From assembly GCA_038253125.1 (NCBI GenBank), contig JBBSHM010000004.1, positions 2,043 through 66,042 on the forward strand: 64,000 nucleotides of DNA. The letters are read 5' to 3'. Numbering within the stretch: position 1 is the first letter of the stretch; every line of letters starts with the position of its first letter. The translations under genes were made by a program, and so were the position numbers. The stretch is from Acidimicrobiales bacterium (GTDB lineage: Bacteria; Actinomycetota; Acidimicrobiia; Acidimicrobiales; JAUJNH01). Under the pieces are notes generated by a model, which saw only the letters and a list, made by a program, of their open reading frames with translations, was not told the DNA's origin and searched no databases. Of the stretch, positions 22,826-32,280 are shown piece after piece.

Positions 22826-23104
22826 ATGGCCGTGCTGCGCCGCCCATCGCTGATCGACCCGCCCATCGAGGAGCTGCTAGAGCGCGTCGACTCCAAGTTC
22901 ACGCTGGTGACCCTGTCGGCTCGCCGGGCCCGTGAGGTGAACAGCTACTTCAACCAGCTGTCCGAGGGCCTCGGCGCCATTGTGCCGCCCCAGGTCGCCT
23001 CAGTCAGCCGCAAGCCGCTGTCGATCGCCCTCGAAGAGGTGGCCGAGGGCAAGATCGTCTACACCCGCCGGGTGTCCGACGAGGAGACGCTGGAGGAGGC
23101 ATAG
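22826..23104 (+). CDS. rpoZ: DNA-directed RNA polymerase subunit omega
   Basis: IEELLERVDSKFTLVTLSARRAREV is typical of omega. Consistent gmk-rpoZ synteny. Confidence 0.92.
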   Translation: MAVLRRPSLIDPPIEELLERVDSKFTLVTLSARRAREVNSYFNQLSEGLGAIVPPQVASVSRKPLSIALEEVAEGKIVYTRRVSDEETLEEA

Positions 23105-23117
23105 CCTCAAGGTCTCA

Positions 23118-24332
23118 GTGGGAGCGCAGGCCGGGGGAGCGCTGGCCAGGCAGCACGTCGTCCTCGGCGTGTCCGGCGGCATCGCCGCCTACAAGGCGGT
23201 CGAGATATGCCGGCGACTGGGCGATGCCGGCGCCCTTGTCGCCCCGGTGCTCACCGCCGGGGCGCAGCGTTTCATCACCCCCCTCACGTTCAGCGCCCTG
23301 GCGGCCGAGCCGGCCCGCACGTCGCTGTGGGACGGCCCGGAACCGAGCCCGCACACCTTCCTCGGCCGGCGCGCCGCCCTGGTGGTCGTGGCACCGGCCA
23401 CGGCCAGGCTGCTGGCCGCCTACGCCGCCGGGCTCTCCGACGACCTGCTGACGGCCACCCTGCTGATGGCCCGGGGACCGGTGCTCGTGTGCCCGGCCAT
23501 GCACACCGAGATGTGGGAGCACGGCGCCACCCGGGCCAACGTGGCGACCCTCGTGGCCCGAGGCGTTCACGTCCTCGACCCGGCCGAGGGTCAGCTGGCC
23601 GCCGGTGACGTCGGGCCGGGCCGGCTGCGCGAGCCGGCCGAGGTGGTGGCGGTCGCCGAGCGGATCCTGGGCGACGGGCGCCGGCTCGCCGGCCGCACCG
23701 TGGTGGTGACGGCCGGCGGCACCAGGGAGGCCATCGACCCGGTGCGCTTCCTCGGCAATCGCAGCAGCGGCAGGCAGGGCCATGCGCTGGCCGACGCCCT
23801 CGCCGCCCGGGGCGCCACCGTGCACCTGGTGACCACGGTGGACCGCCCGGTCGGCCCGCCGGGCGTCAGCCTTCAGCGGGTGGAGTCGGCGGCTGAGATG
23901 GGCGATGCCGTGCTGGCGCTGGCCCCGGGAGCCGATGCTGTCGTCATGGCCGCGGCCGTGGCCGACTTCCGGCCTCAGGTCGTCGCCGCCTCGAAGCTCA
24001 AGAAGGATGGCGGTGCGCCCGAGATGATCCTGGAGCCGACGCCCGACATCCTGGCCGAGCTCGGCCGGCGCAAGGCCCCGGGCCAGGTGCTGGTCGGCTT
24101 CGCCGCCGAGACCGACGACCTGGTGGCGAACGCCGCCGCCAAGCTGGCGCGCAAGAACCTCGACCTGATCGTGGCCAACGACGTGGGTGCGCCCGGCGCC
24201 GGCTTCGACCACGACACCAACGCGGTGACGTTGCTGTTCGCCGGCGGCGCCCGCCAGGACCTCCCGCTGTCCTCGAAGCGGGCGGTAGCCGAGGCGGTGG
24301 CGGACGCCGTCGTGATGCTCATCGGCCGGTAG
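23118..24332 (+). CDS. coaBC: bifunctional phosphopantothenoylcysteine decarboxylase / phosphopantothenate-cysteine ligase
   Basis: VVLGVSGGIAAYKAVEICRRL flavoprotein motif, PAMHTEMW, and a C-terminal ligase half (GNRSSGRQG, AAVADFRP). The in-frame GTG at 23118 avoids overlap with rpoZ. Confidence 0.92.
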   Translation: MGAQAGGALARQHVVLGVSGGIAAYKAVEICRRLGDAGALVAPVLTAGAQRFITPLTFSALAAEPARTSLWDGPEPSPHTFLGRRAALVVVAPATARLLAAYAAGLSDDLLTATLLMARGPVLVCPAMHTEMWEHGATRANVATLVARGVHVLDPAEGQLAAGDVGPGRLREPAEVVAVAERILGDGRRLAGRTVVVTAGGTREAIDPVRFLGNRSSGRQGHALADALAARGATVHLVTTVDRPVGPPGVSLQRVESAAEMGDAVLALAPGADAVVMAAAVADFRPQVVAASKLKKDGGAPEMILEPTPDILAELGRRKAPGQVLVGFAAETDDLVANAAAKLARKNLDLIVANDVGAPGAGFDHDTNAVTLLFAGGARQDLPLSSKRAVAEAVADAVVMLIGR

Positions 24333-24371
24333 TGGCGGCCGGGGGCGCCGACCTGCGAAGGTTCAGGCGCC

Positions 24372-25565
24372 ATGATGAACTACACATTCACGTCCGAATC
24401 CGTGACCGAGGGCCATCCCGACAAGATGGCCGACCAGATCTCCGACGCCGTCCTCGACGCCATCATCACCGAGGACCCGACCGGACGGGTGGCGTGCGAG
24501 ACGCTGCTCACCACCGGTCTGGTGGTGGTGGCCGGCGAGATCACGACCACGGCCTACGTCGACATACCCAGCCTGGTGCGCAAGACCGTGCTTGACATCG
24601 GCTACGACGACGCCGCCTACGGCATCGACGGGACCACCTGTGGGGTCATCACCTCGATCGACGAGCAGAGCCCCGACATCGCCCAGGGCGTCGACACCGC
24701 CTACGAGGTGCAGACGGGCAAGAGCGGCGAGGACATCCTGAACGGGCAGGGCGCCGGCGACCAGGGGATGATGTTCGGCTACGCCACCGACGAGACCGAA
24801 GATCTCATGCCCCTGCCCATATGGCTGGCCCACCGGTTGGCCCAGCGTCTGGCCCAGGTCCGCAAGGCCGGCGTGCTCGGCTACCTGCGGCCCGACGCCA
24901 AGACCCAGGTCACCTTCGAGTACGAGAACAACATCCCGGTCCGGCTGAAGACGGTCCTGATCTCGACCCAGCACGACCCGGGGATCGACTTCGACGTGCT
25001 GCTGAAGCCCGACCTCAAGGACCATGTGATCAGCCCGCTCGTGCCCGAGGCCTTCAAGAGCGACGGCTACGAGGTGCTGTGCAACCCCACCGGCAACTTC
25101 GTGCTGGGCGGCCCCCACGCCGACACCGGTCTGACCGGCCGCAAGATCATCGTCGACACCTACGGCGGCGCCGCCCGCCACGGCGGTGGCGCCTTCTCCG
25201 GCAAGGACCCCTCCAAGGTCGACCGCTCGGCCGCCTACGCCGCCCGCTGGGTGGCCAAGCACGTGGTGGCCAGCGGCGCCGCCCGGCGCTGTGAGATCCA
25301 GGTGGCCTATGCCATCGGCGTGGCCCGGCCGGTGTCGATCATGGTCGAGACGTTCGGCACCGAGCAGGTCGACCCGGAGCGGATCAGCGAGATGGTGCAC
25401 GAGGTGTTCGACCTGCGCCCCGCAGCCATCATCCGCGACCTCGACCTGCGCCGCCCGATCTACCGCAAGACCGCGGCCTACGGCCACTTCGGCCGCCCCG
25501 ACAAGGAGTTCACCTGGGAGCAGGTCTCCCGCCTGGCGGATGTGAAGTCGGCCCTCGGTTTGTAG
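24372..25565 (+). CDS. metK: S-adenosylmethionine synthetase
   Basis: [25 protein letters not shown] and [19 protein letters not shown] motifs. Confidence 0.97.
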   Translation: MMNYTFTSESVTEGHPDKMADQISDAVLDAIITEDPTGRVACETLLTTGLVVVAGEITTTAYVDIPSLVRKTVLDIGYDDAAYGIDGTTCGVITSIDEQSPDIAQGVDTAYEVQTGKSGEDILNGQGAGDQGMMFGYATDETEDLMPLPIWLAHRLAQRLAQVRKAGVLGYLRPDAKTQVTFEYENNIPVRLKTVLISTQHDPGIDFDVLLKPDLKDHVISPLVPEAFKSDGYEVLCNPTGNFVLGGPHADTGLTGRKIIVDTYGGAARHGGGAFSGKDPSKVDRSAAYAARWVAKHVVASGAARRCEIQVAYAIGVARPVSIMVETFGTEQVDPERISEMVHEVFDLRPAAIIRDLDLRRPIYRKTAAYGHFGRPDKEFTWEQVSRLADVKSALGL

Positions 25566-25975
25566 CGACTCGGCGCCGCGGCCGCTGGTCCCCCCGCGGT
25601 GGTCGGGTTCAGCGTTGTCCTGGGCTGGGCAGTACGGCCTCGGCTGGTAGACCAGTCCTCGACTGCGTAGGGGTTGAGGATCTGGCGGTGCCAGAGCTGC
25701 TGCCGTTCGGCGATGGTGAGGCGGGCCGAGTCGGCGGCTTCGACCCATTCCCTGTTGATCACCTCGATCTGGTGGTCGATGATCTCTCGGGCCTTGACCT
25801 TGATCAGCAGCCGCTTGTGGAAGAATGCTCGTCTGCGAGTCCCCAGCGAAGCAAACGCCCACAGATGCGGCCGCAGGATGCGCTCATGTCATCGCTCTCC
25901 ATCTGTCGGCCACCCGCGTGCGATTTTTGCGTCGGCCGACGCCTTCGCTCGTGATTCAATCGTGGGTGCGGCACG

Positions 25976-27727
25976 ATGTCCGGACAGGATCCGGAGGTGA
26001 CGAAGCGGGTGGTCAGCGTTCTCGTCCACGAGGGGGGGCGGGGCAAGCCGTTTGATTACCTGGTGCCCGAGCACCTGGACGATCGGGTGTCGCTCGGGAC
26101 CATGGTGCGGGTCGACCTGGCGGGACGGCGGCTGGCGGGGTGGGTGGTGGCCGACGGGGTCGAGCCGCCGGCCGGGAAGGTGTTGCGGCCGTTGGCTGGG
26201 GTGCGGGGACTCGGGCCCGATGGTGGGGTCATCGAGCTGGCCAGTTGGGCGGGGTGGCGGTGGGCGGGGCGGTGGTCGCACTTCCTCGGGACGGCGTCGC
26301 CGGAACGGGTCGTTGGGCGCCTGCCGCCGGCGGCACCGAGATCGCCTCTGGCCGCCGCCGTTGCCGAGGGTGGGCTGGTGGCGTTGGCGGCCGAGGCGCT
26401 GGCGGCTGGCGTCTCGGTGGTGCGGCTGCCGCCAGCGGCCGACGGGTTCGTGGTGGTGGCCGAGGCGGCCAGGCTGGGCCCGGCGCTGGTGGTGTGCCCG
26501 TCTATCGCCGTCGCTGGCGCCGTGGCCCGCCGGCTGCGGCGGGCCGGGGAGCCCGTCGCCCTGGTGCCGGGGGAGTGGGCCGAGGCCGCGGCCGGGGGGC
26601 GGACCGTGGTGGGCGCCCGGGCCGCCGCCTTTGCCCCGGCGCCGGGGCTCGCCTCGGTCGTGGTCCTCGCCGCCCACGACGAGTCGCACCGCTCCGAGGC
26701 CTCGCCCACCTGGTCGGCCGTCACCGTGGCCGAGGACCGCGCCCGCCGGTCGGGGGTGCCCTGCGCCCTGGCCTCGGCTTGCCCGCCAGTCGAGCTGCTG
26801 GAGGGGCGGCGTCTCGTCACCCCCGCCCGCAGCGACGAGAGAGCCGGGTGGGCCGCGCTCGACATCGTCGACCGGCGGGCCGACGACCCGCGGGAGGGAT
26901 TGTGGTCTCCGCGACTTGTCGACCTGGTGCGCCGGTCCGAGCGGGTCGTCTGCGTGCTCAACCGCAAGGGCCGGGCCCGCCTGCTGGTGTGCCGCTCGTG
27001 CCGGGAGGTCGCCCGGTGCGAGAGGTGTGGGGCGGCGGTGGCCGAGGACGGTGACGGCCTCGCCTGTCCCCGCTGCGGCATGCAACGCCCCCGGCTGTGC
27101 CAGGTGGACGGATCGTCCACCCTCGCCGCCATTAGGGTCGGCGTGACCCGGGCCGCCGAGGAGCTGGCCAGGCTGGCCGGTCGTCCCGTGGCCGAGGTGA
27201 CCGGAGCCAGCACCGAGCTGCCGACGGCCGAGGTGCTCATCGGCACCGAGGCCGTGCTGCACCGGGTGGCCCGGGCCGACGCCGTCTGCTTCGTCGAGCT
27301 GGACCAGGAGCTGCTGGCGCCCCGGGTGGGGGCGGCCGAGCAGGCGCTGGCCCTGCTGGCCCGGGCCGCCCGGCTGGTGGGTCCCCGCTCGGCCGGCGGC
27401 CGGGTGCTGGTGCAGACCCGCCTGCCCCGCCACCCCGCCGTGCTCGCCGCCCTCCACGGCGACCCGGCCCGCCTGGCCTCGGACGAACGGCCGGTCCGTG
27501 AGGCGCTTGGCTTCCCTCCCTTCACCGCCCTGGCCCGCATAAGCGGCGCCGCCGCCGCCGCCTTCGTCGACGCCCTGGCCGGCCGACCCGAGGTGGATGT
27601 CGGCGAACCGGCCGACGGCCGCTGGCTGGTGCGCGCCCCCACCACCGCCGCCCTGTGCAACGCCCTCGCCGCCACCTCTCGACCCTCCGGCCGTCTCCGC
27701 GTCGAGGTCGACCCGCCCCGCCTGTGA
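25976..27727 (+). CDS. priA: primosomal protein N' (PriA) homologue with degenerate ATPase motifs
   Basis: N-terminal 3'-DNA-binding-like segment (FDYLVPEHL..GTMVRVDLAGRR..GWVV) and the Cys-rich zinc region CRSCREVARCERCG...CPRCG. No GxGKT Walker A is present anywhere in the ORF. Confidence 0.8.
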   Translation: MSGQDPEVTKRVVSVLVHEGGRGKPFDYLVPEHLDDRVSLGTMVRVDLAGRRLAGWVVADGVEPPAGKVLRPLAGVRGLGPDGGVIELASWAGWRWAGRWSHFLGTASPERVVGRLPPAAPRSPLAAAVAEGGLVALAAEALAAGVSVVRLPPAADGFVVVAEAARLGPALVVCPSIAVAGAVARRLRRAGEPVALVPGEWAEAAAGGRTVVGARAAAFAPAPGLASVVVLAAHDESHRSEASPTWSAVTVAEDRARRSGVPCALASACPPVELLEGRRLVTPARSDERAGWAALDIVDRRADDPREGLWSPRLVDLVRRSERVVCVLNRKGRARLLVCRSCREVARCERCGAAVAEDGDGLACPRCGMQRPRLCQVDGSSTLAAIRVGVTRAAEELARLAGRPVAEVTGASTELPTAEVLIGTEAVLHRVARADAVCFVELDQELLAPRVGAAEQALALLARAARLVGPRSAGGRVLVQTRLPRHPAVLAALHGDPARLASDERPVREALGFPPFTALARISGAAAAAFVDALAGRPEVDVGEPADGRWLVRAPTTAALCNALAATSRPSGRLRVEVDPPRL

Positions 27728-27904
27728 GGGAGCGACTGCAGCCGACGTCGGCCTGGGCCTCGTCAGGAGCCGAGACACCCGCAGCGGCCCTGCGGTCCCA
27801 AGAGGCACCATGGTCAGCCCGCCCGCATCTGCGTGGCTCGTCCTCTGCGCCGACGACCTCCACGCAGCGGACCGGGGGCCGTGGGACGACAAGCCGGCGA
27901 ACCT

Positions 27905-28906
27905 ATGGTCGAGTGGGTGTTGCGGCTCAGCGTTGTGGACCAGTCGCCGGTCCTGAGCGGCTCCGCGCCGGCTGAGGCCCTGGGCGAGACCGTTGCCCTC
28001 GCCCAGGCCGTCGAGCGGCTGGGGTACCACCGCTACTGGCTGGCCGAGCACCACGGCACCCCGGGGCTGGCCGGCACCGCCCCCGAGGTGATGGTGGCCC
28101 GGGTGGCGGCGGCCACGTCATCCATACGGGTCGGGGCCGGCGGAATCCTGCTGTCGCACTACAGCGCCCTGAAGGTGGCCGAGACGTTCCGGGTGCTGTC
28201 CGCCCTGTTTCCGGGCCGGATCGACCTCGGCATCGGCCGGGCGGACGGGGCGACGCGGGCGACCGCCGCCGCCCTGCAGGCCGGAGTCGACGGCGTCGCC
28301 CAGAGCTTCGGGGCCAAGCTGGTCGACCTCCTCGCCCACCTCGACGGGACTGGATCAGAGGTGAGGGCCCTGCCCGACGGGGTCGAACGCCCCGAGGTGT
28401 GGTTGCTGTCCTCCAGCTCCGACGGGGCCGCGGGCGCCGCCGCGCTCGGGTTGCCGCTCTGCTTCGCCCACTTCATCTCGACCGGTTTCGGCCCCCAGAT
28501 CGTGGCCAGGTACCGCCGTGACTTCCGACCGGCCGGGCCCGACCAGTGGTCCGAGGCGGCCGTGGCCGTGGCCGTGATCTGTGCGCCCACCGACCTTGAG
28601 GCCGAGCGCCTGGCCCGCAGCGTCGAGGTCTGGCGGCTGCCGTCGGAGGACCGGCGGGGACCTGTCCCCTCGGTTGAGCAGGCGGAGTCCGCTGTCCTGA
28701 CCGCCCTGGAGGAGGCCAGGATCGCCCAGGACCGCAAGGGCCTGCTGGTCGGCGCGCCCGACCGGGTCAGCGACGCCATGCAACGGCTGGCCACCGACTT
28801 CGACGTCGAGGAGCTGGTCGTACTCACGGTCTGCCACGACTACGCCGCCCGCCGGCGCTCCTATGAGCTGCTGGCCGAGGCGTTCGAGCTGGAGCCGCCG
28901 GGCTGA
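27905..28906 (+). CDS. LLM-class (luciferase-like) flavin-dependent oxidoreductase
   Basis: LSVVDQSPV..., GYHRYWLAEHHGTPGLAG and SHYSALKVAE are hallmarks of the MsnO8-type LLM family. ATG 27905 is preferred over the upstream track start. Confidence 0.8.
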   Translation: MVEWVLRLSVVDQSPVLSGSAPAEALGETVALAQAVERLGYHRYWLAEHHGTPGLAGTAPEVMVARVAAATSSIRVGAGGILLSHYSALKVAETFRVLSALFPGRIDLGIGRADGATRATAAALQAGVDGVAQSFGAKLVDLLAHLDGTGSEVRALPDGVERPEVWLLSSSSDGAAGAAALGLPLCFAHFISTGFGPQIVARYRRDFRPAGPDQWSEAAVAVAVICAPTDLEAERLARSVEVWRLPSEDRRGPVPSVEQAESAVLTALEEARIAQDRKGLLVGAPDRVSDAMQRLATDFDVEELVVLTVCHDYAARRRSYELLAEAFELEPPG

Positions 28907-29463
28907 GGCTCGTCGACCGGACGCCCGACCGGGCCGGTCGCCCACTCCCGGCGCCGGCACTCGAAAAGGGCGATGCCGGTGGCCACGGCGACGTTGAGGC
29001 TGCCGACCCTGCCCGACTGGGGCAGGTAGGCGGCGGCGTCACAGGCGGCGAGCACGCCGGGGGAGAGGCCTTTGTCCTCGTTGCCGACGACCAGGCAGAC
29101 ATCGCCGGCCAGCTGCGCCTCGTGCAGCGGCGCCGCCCCCTCGCTCAGCTCCAGGGCCACTGGGCGCAGCCCATCGTCGCGGGCGGCGTTGACGGCTTCG
29201 AGGGTGGTCACCCCCTCGTGCCACCGGAGGAGGCGCTCGGTGCCCATCGACACCTTACGCACCGCCGGGTGGTGCGGGGTGGCCGACGCCGAGGCCAGCC
29301 ACACCTGCTCGACGCCGAGCGCCGCCGCCGTCCTCAGGATCGAGCCGACGTTGAAGGGGCTGACGACCCCGTCCAGCACCAGGCCGAGGCTGGCCCCTGT
29401 GGCCCGTCGCCAGCTGCGGTTGAGCCGCTTGACCTCGACCGACCGCAGCTGCCGCCCGGTCAC
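28861..29463 (-). CDS. TrmH/SpoU-family RNA 2'-O-methyltransferase
   Basis: SPFNVGSILRTAAALGV, LVVGNEDKGLS and GSLNVAVATGIALFE are SpoU motifs 1-3. The GTG start at 29463 overlaps the upstream stop (GTGA). The 3' end overlaps the convergent LLM gene. Confidence 0.82.
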   Translation of the reverse strand: MTGRQLRSVEVKRLNRSWRRATGASLGLVLDGVVSPFNVGSILRTAAALGVEQVWLASASATPHHPAVRKVSMGTERLLRWHEGVTTLEAVNAARDDGLRPVALELSEGAAPLHEAQLAGDVCLVVGNEDKGLSPGVLAACDAAAYLPQSGRVGSLNVAVATGIALFECRRREWATGPVGRPVDEPQPGGSSSNASASSS

Positions 29464-30065
29464 GGCCGGCTCACCCCGAGGATGCGGTACCCCTGCTTGG
29501 ACGTGAGCCGCTGCACCCCGAAGCCCTGCGCCACCAGCCACACGGCCAACGAGTCGGCCCCGAGGTGGCGCGGCACCACCAAGGCGGCCCAGCCTCCCTC
29601 CTCCATCCGGGTCAGCCACCTCGTCAGCATCTCGTGCAGGGCGGCGGCCCCCACCCGGATCGGCGGGTTCGACCACACCGTGGCGAACCGGACCCCCTCC
29701 GGCACCTCGTCCGGGGTGCAGGCACGGAACCGGTCGGGTCCGAGGCCGAGCGCCTCGGCGTTGCCGGCGCACAGCGCCACCGCCCGCTCGTTCACGTCGA
29801 CCGCCCACACCCGCGCCGCCGGGGCTCGCAGGGCCAGGGCCACCGCCAGCGGCCCGTAGCCGCAGCCCAGGTCGAGCAGGTCTCCGGCCTGGGGTACCGG
29901 CGGCCCGTGATCGACCAGCAGCCTGGTGCCCGGGTCGACGCGATCGCCGGCGAACACCCCGCGGTCGGTGGCCAGGACCACCGTTTGCCGCACGTCGCGC
30001 AGCGCCAGCGCGACCTGTCTCGGACGGCTGGCGGCGGCGGGCGCGACGTCAAAGTAGTGGGACAT
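29460..30065 (-). CDS. class I SAM-dependent methyltransferase (RsmC/RsmD-like small-domain type)
   Basis: VFAGDRVDPGTRLL, SAM motif LLDLGCGYGPLAVALA, and the catalytic-type motif WSNPPIRVG. ATG at 30065. Confidence 0.8.
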   Translation of the reverse strand: MSHYFDVAPAAASRPRQVALALRDVRQTVVLATDRGVFAGDRVDPGTRLLVDHGPPVPQAGDLLDLGCGYGPLAVALALRAPAARVWAVDVNERAVALCAGNAEALGLGPDRFRACTPDEVPEGVRFATVWSNPPIRVGAAALHEMLTRWLTRMEEGGWAALVVPRHLGADSLAVWLVAQGFGVQRLTSKQGYRILGVSRP

Positions 30066-30088
30066 CGGTTGAGTAGCCTGGCCGACCC

Positions 30089-30589
30089 ATGCCCGGTTAC
30101 ACCATCCGCACATTCGGGGACCCGGTCCTCAACCAGAAGGCCGCCCCGATCACCGACATCGACGGCAGCGTCAAGCGTCTGGCCGACGACATGGTGGTGC
30201 CGCTGCGCGACGTCGAGGGCCTCGGGCTCGCCGCCCCCCAGGTCGGGGTGCTGAAGCGGCTCTTCATCTACGACCTGCGCGACGACCGGGGCCCGCAGAC
30301 GATCGTGAACCCCGTCATCAGCGACGCAAGGGGCGAGTGGGTGTACGAGGAGGGCTGCCTGTCGGTGCCCGGCCTGTTCTTCCCGATCGTGCGGCCGAAG
30401 GAGATCCACCTCACCGGCTGGGACCTCGACGGAAATGAGCTTTCCATCGAGGCCGACGAGCTGCTGGCCAGGCTCTTCCAGCACGAGCTCGACCACCTCG
30501 AGGGCAAGCTTCTGCTGGAGCGGCTCGACGAGGACGCCCGCAAGCAGGCGCTGAAGGAGATGCGCAAGCGCCGCCTCCGCGACCTCTGA
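30089..30589 (+). CDS. def: peptide deformylase
   Basis: GLAAPQVG, EGCLSVPG and QHELDHLEG motifs. Confidence 0.95.
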   Translation: MPGYTIRTFGDPVLNQKAAPITDIDGSVKRLADDMVVPLRDVEGLGLAAPQVGVLKRLFIYDLRDDRGPQTIVNPVISDARGEWVYEEGCLSVPGLFFPIVRPKEIHLTGWDLDGNELSIEADELLARLFQHELDHLEGKLLLERLDEDARKQALKEMRKRRLRDL

Positions 30590-30594
30590 AGGCC

Positions 30595-31302
30595 GTGACC
30601 GCCGTCATCGCCCACCGCACCCTGCCGAGGGACGGGGCGGAGAACAGCCTGGACGGGATCCGACGGGCGGCGGCGGCCGGTGCCGACTACGTCGAGGTGG
30701 ACATCCGACGCACCCGTGACGGGGTGCCGGTCCTCCTCCACGACCAAAGCCTCCTGCGCACGGGCTGGCGTCCCCGCCGGATCCGCTCGATGACGCTCGA
30801 CGACGTGGCCCGGGTGAAGCTGCGGGGCGGCCACAACCTGCCGAGCCTGGCCGACGCCCTGGCCCAGGCCCCCGACGGCCTCGGCTTCGCCCTCGACACC
30901 AAGGACCCCGGCGCCGCCCCGGCCGCCCTGGCCGCCGTCGAGGCGGCCGGCTTCACCGGGCGCGTCCTGCTCTGGTCCCAGCACGAAATGGCTGTTCGCC
31001 ACTACGTGGCCCGTGCCCCGGCCGGCACCGAGGTGGCCCTGCTGCGTGACACCAAGGGGCCGGCCGACACCGCCCGCTACCTCGACGACGCCTCTACGCT
31101 CGGCGCCAGCGCCGTGAGCGTGCACCAGAGCGTGCTGGACGAGGCTCTGATCGCCGACGCCCACGAGCGGGGCCTCACCATCCACTGCTGGTTCCAGACG
31201 CTCAAGGTCCAGGCGGCCAAGGTGGCTCTGCTGGTCGACGGGATCGTCACCGACTGGCCGGCCGACGCCATCGACCGCCTCGCCGCCCTCGGACGTCGCT
31301 AG
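30595..31302 (+). CDS. glycerophosphodiester phosphodiesterase family protein
   Basis: IAHR..ENSL.G...A...GADYVEVDIRRTRDGVPVLLHD is the GDPD N-terminal catalytic signature. Confidence 0.75.
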   Translation: MTAVIAHRTLPRDGAENSLDGIRRAAAAGADYVEVDIRRTRDGVPVLLHDQSLLRTGWRPRRIRSMTLDDVARVKLRGGHNLPSLADALAQAPDGLGFALDTKDPGAAPAALAAVEAAGFTGRVLLWSQHEMAVRHYVARAPAGTEVALLRDTKGPADTARYLDDASTLGASAVSVHQSVLDEALIADAHERGLTIHCWFQTLKVQAAKVALLVDGIVTDWPADAIDRLAALGRR

Positions 31303-31392
31303 CCAACCCGGGGGATCGCCACCCGTGACCAAGGCCTGAGGCAGCCCCGCTCGAGGTGCGACCGGCCGAGCCACGACGTCGGAGGGGTCGGC

Positions 31393-32280
31393 TCAGGTGC
31401 TGACCAGCTCCCGGTCGGCTGGCTGCGGCTGGCCACCGGTGATGATCCGGTCGACGAGGTAGCAGACGCCGGACAAGACGGCGGCGGCGGTGAGGAGCAC
31501 GAGCCAGACCGGCAGCTGGCTCAGGTGGACGAGGGTGACGAAGTCCGGCCCGCCCCAGTGCAGGCCCCACGGGTGCTCCTTGCCGGTGAGCACGTGGGCC
31601 CAGAACGTCCACGCCACGATCCGGCAGACCCCGTAGAAGAACGTGACCCGGTACACAGCCAGCAGCATCGGCTCGGACATGCGCCGGCCCAGCCAGGCCC
31701 AGGCCCGCGGGTCGGATGCCACCACCTGGGTCCGCCAGTGGTGACGGGTCAGGACCCGCCACGAGCACAGGACCACCCCCAGCCAGAACAGGTCCATCAC
31801 CAGGCCGAAGCTGGAGTAGTAGGCGGCGGCGTCCAGGTACTTGCCGCCCTTCACCGTCGCTGCGTAGGCCCACGTGCCGATCGAGAAGTTGGCGGTGCTG
31901 AAGGGGAACAGGAGCATGGTGCCGACGCTGTCGTTGATGTCGGTGACGCAGTGGGCGGCGAAGCCGAGCAGGAAACCGGCGGCCCACTGGCGGGACCAAG
32001 GCCGGTCGTGGGTGCGCCACAGCCAGATCCCCACCAGAATGAATCCGAGGAACAGCGAGTGCGAGAAGCCCGCTCCTGGCCAGCCCCGGTGGAACTGCTG
32101 GGGGACCTTCGCCCCGTAGTGGTGCCCGTTGACGCTGAACCCGTAGACCCAGAACTTGGCGATGAAGTCGGGCAGCTGATCGCCGAGCACGATGGCCAGG
32201 TAGCTGACCTTCAGCTGCCATCGCTTGGGTAGGTGGGCCTGGATGGCGTAGGTCTCGAACTGGTGCGCCGCCCAGCTCAA
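31393..32280 (-). CDS. membrane-bound metal-dependent hydrolase family protein (YdjM/DUF457-like)
   Basis: Multi-TM protein with His-rich conserved patches (GFSHSLF, AAHCVTDINDS). The call is by resemblance. Confidence 0.55.
   Translation of the reverse strand: MSWAAHQFETYAIQAHLPKRWQLKVSYLAIVLGDQLPDFIAKFWVYGFSVNGHHYGAKVPQQFHRGWPGAGFSHSLFLGFILVGIWLWRTHDRPWSRQWAAGFLLGFAAHCVTDINDSVGTMLLFPFSTANFSIGTWAYAATVKGGKYLDAAAYYSSFGLVMDLFWLGVVLCSWRVLTRHHWRTQVVASDPRAWAWLGRRMSEPMLLAVYRVTFFYGVCRIVAWTFWAHVLTGKEHPWGLHWGGPDFVTLVHLSQLPVWLVLLTAAAVLSGVCYLVDRIITGGQPQPADRELVST

Noticed and set aside
22980-23117. Track start 22980 for coaBC, and similar long N-terminal extensions (10648 for efp, 11609 for the antiporter, 2589 for the peptidase, 44304 for pheS, 58979 for the arg insert, 61893 for mpg)
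   Set aside because: These extensions overlap the preceding well-supported genes in another frame and translate to low-complexity sequence. Internal in-frame starts give normal-length proteins.
24333-24371. SAM riboswitch upstream of metK
   Set aside because: Only 39 nt separate coaBC from metK, which is too short for any SAM riboswitch class.
25889-28054. 721-aa minus-strand ORF opposite priA
   Set aside because: Its low-complexity R/G/P-rich translation overlaps a + strand gene with recognisable PriA zinc-finger and N-terminal motifs. It is a shadow ORF.
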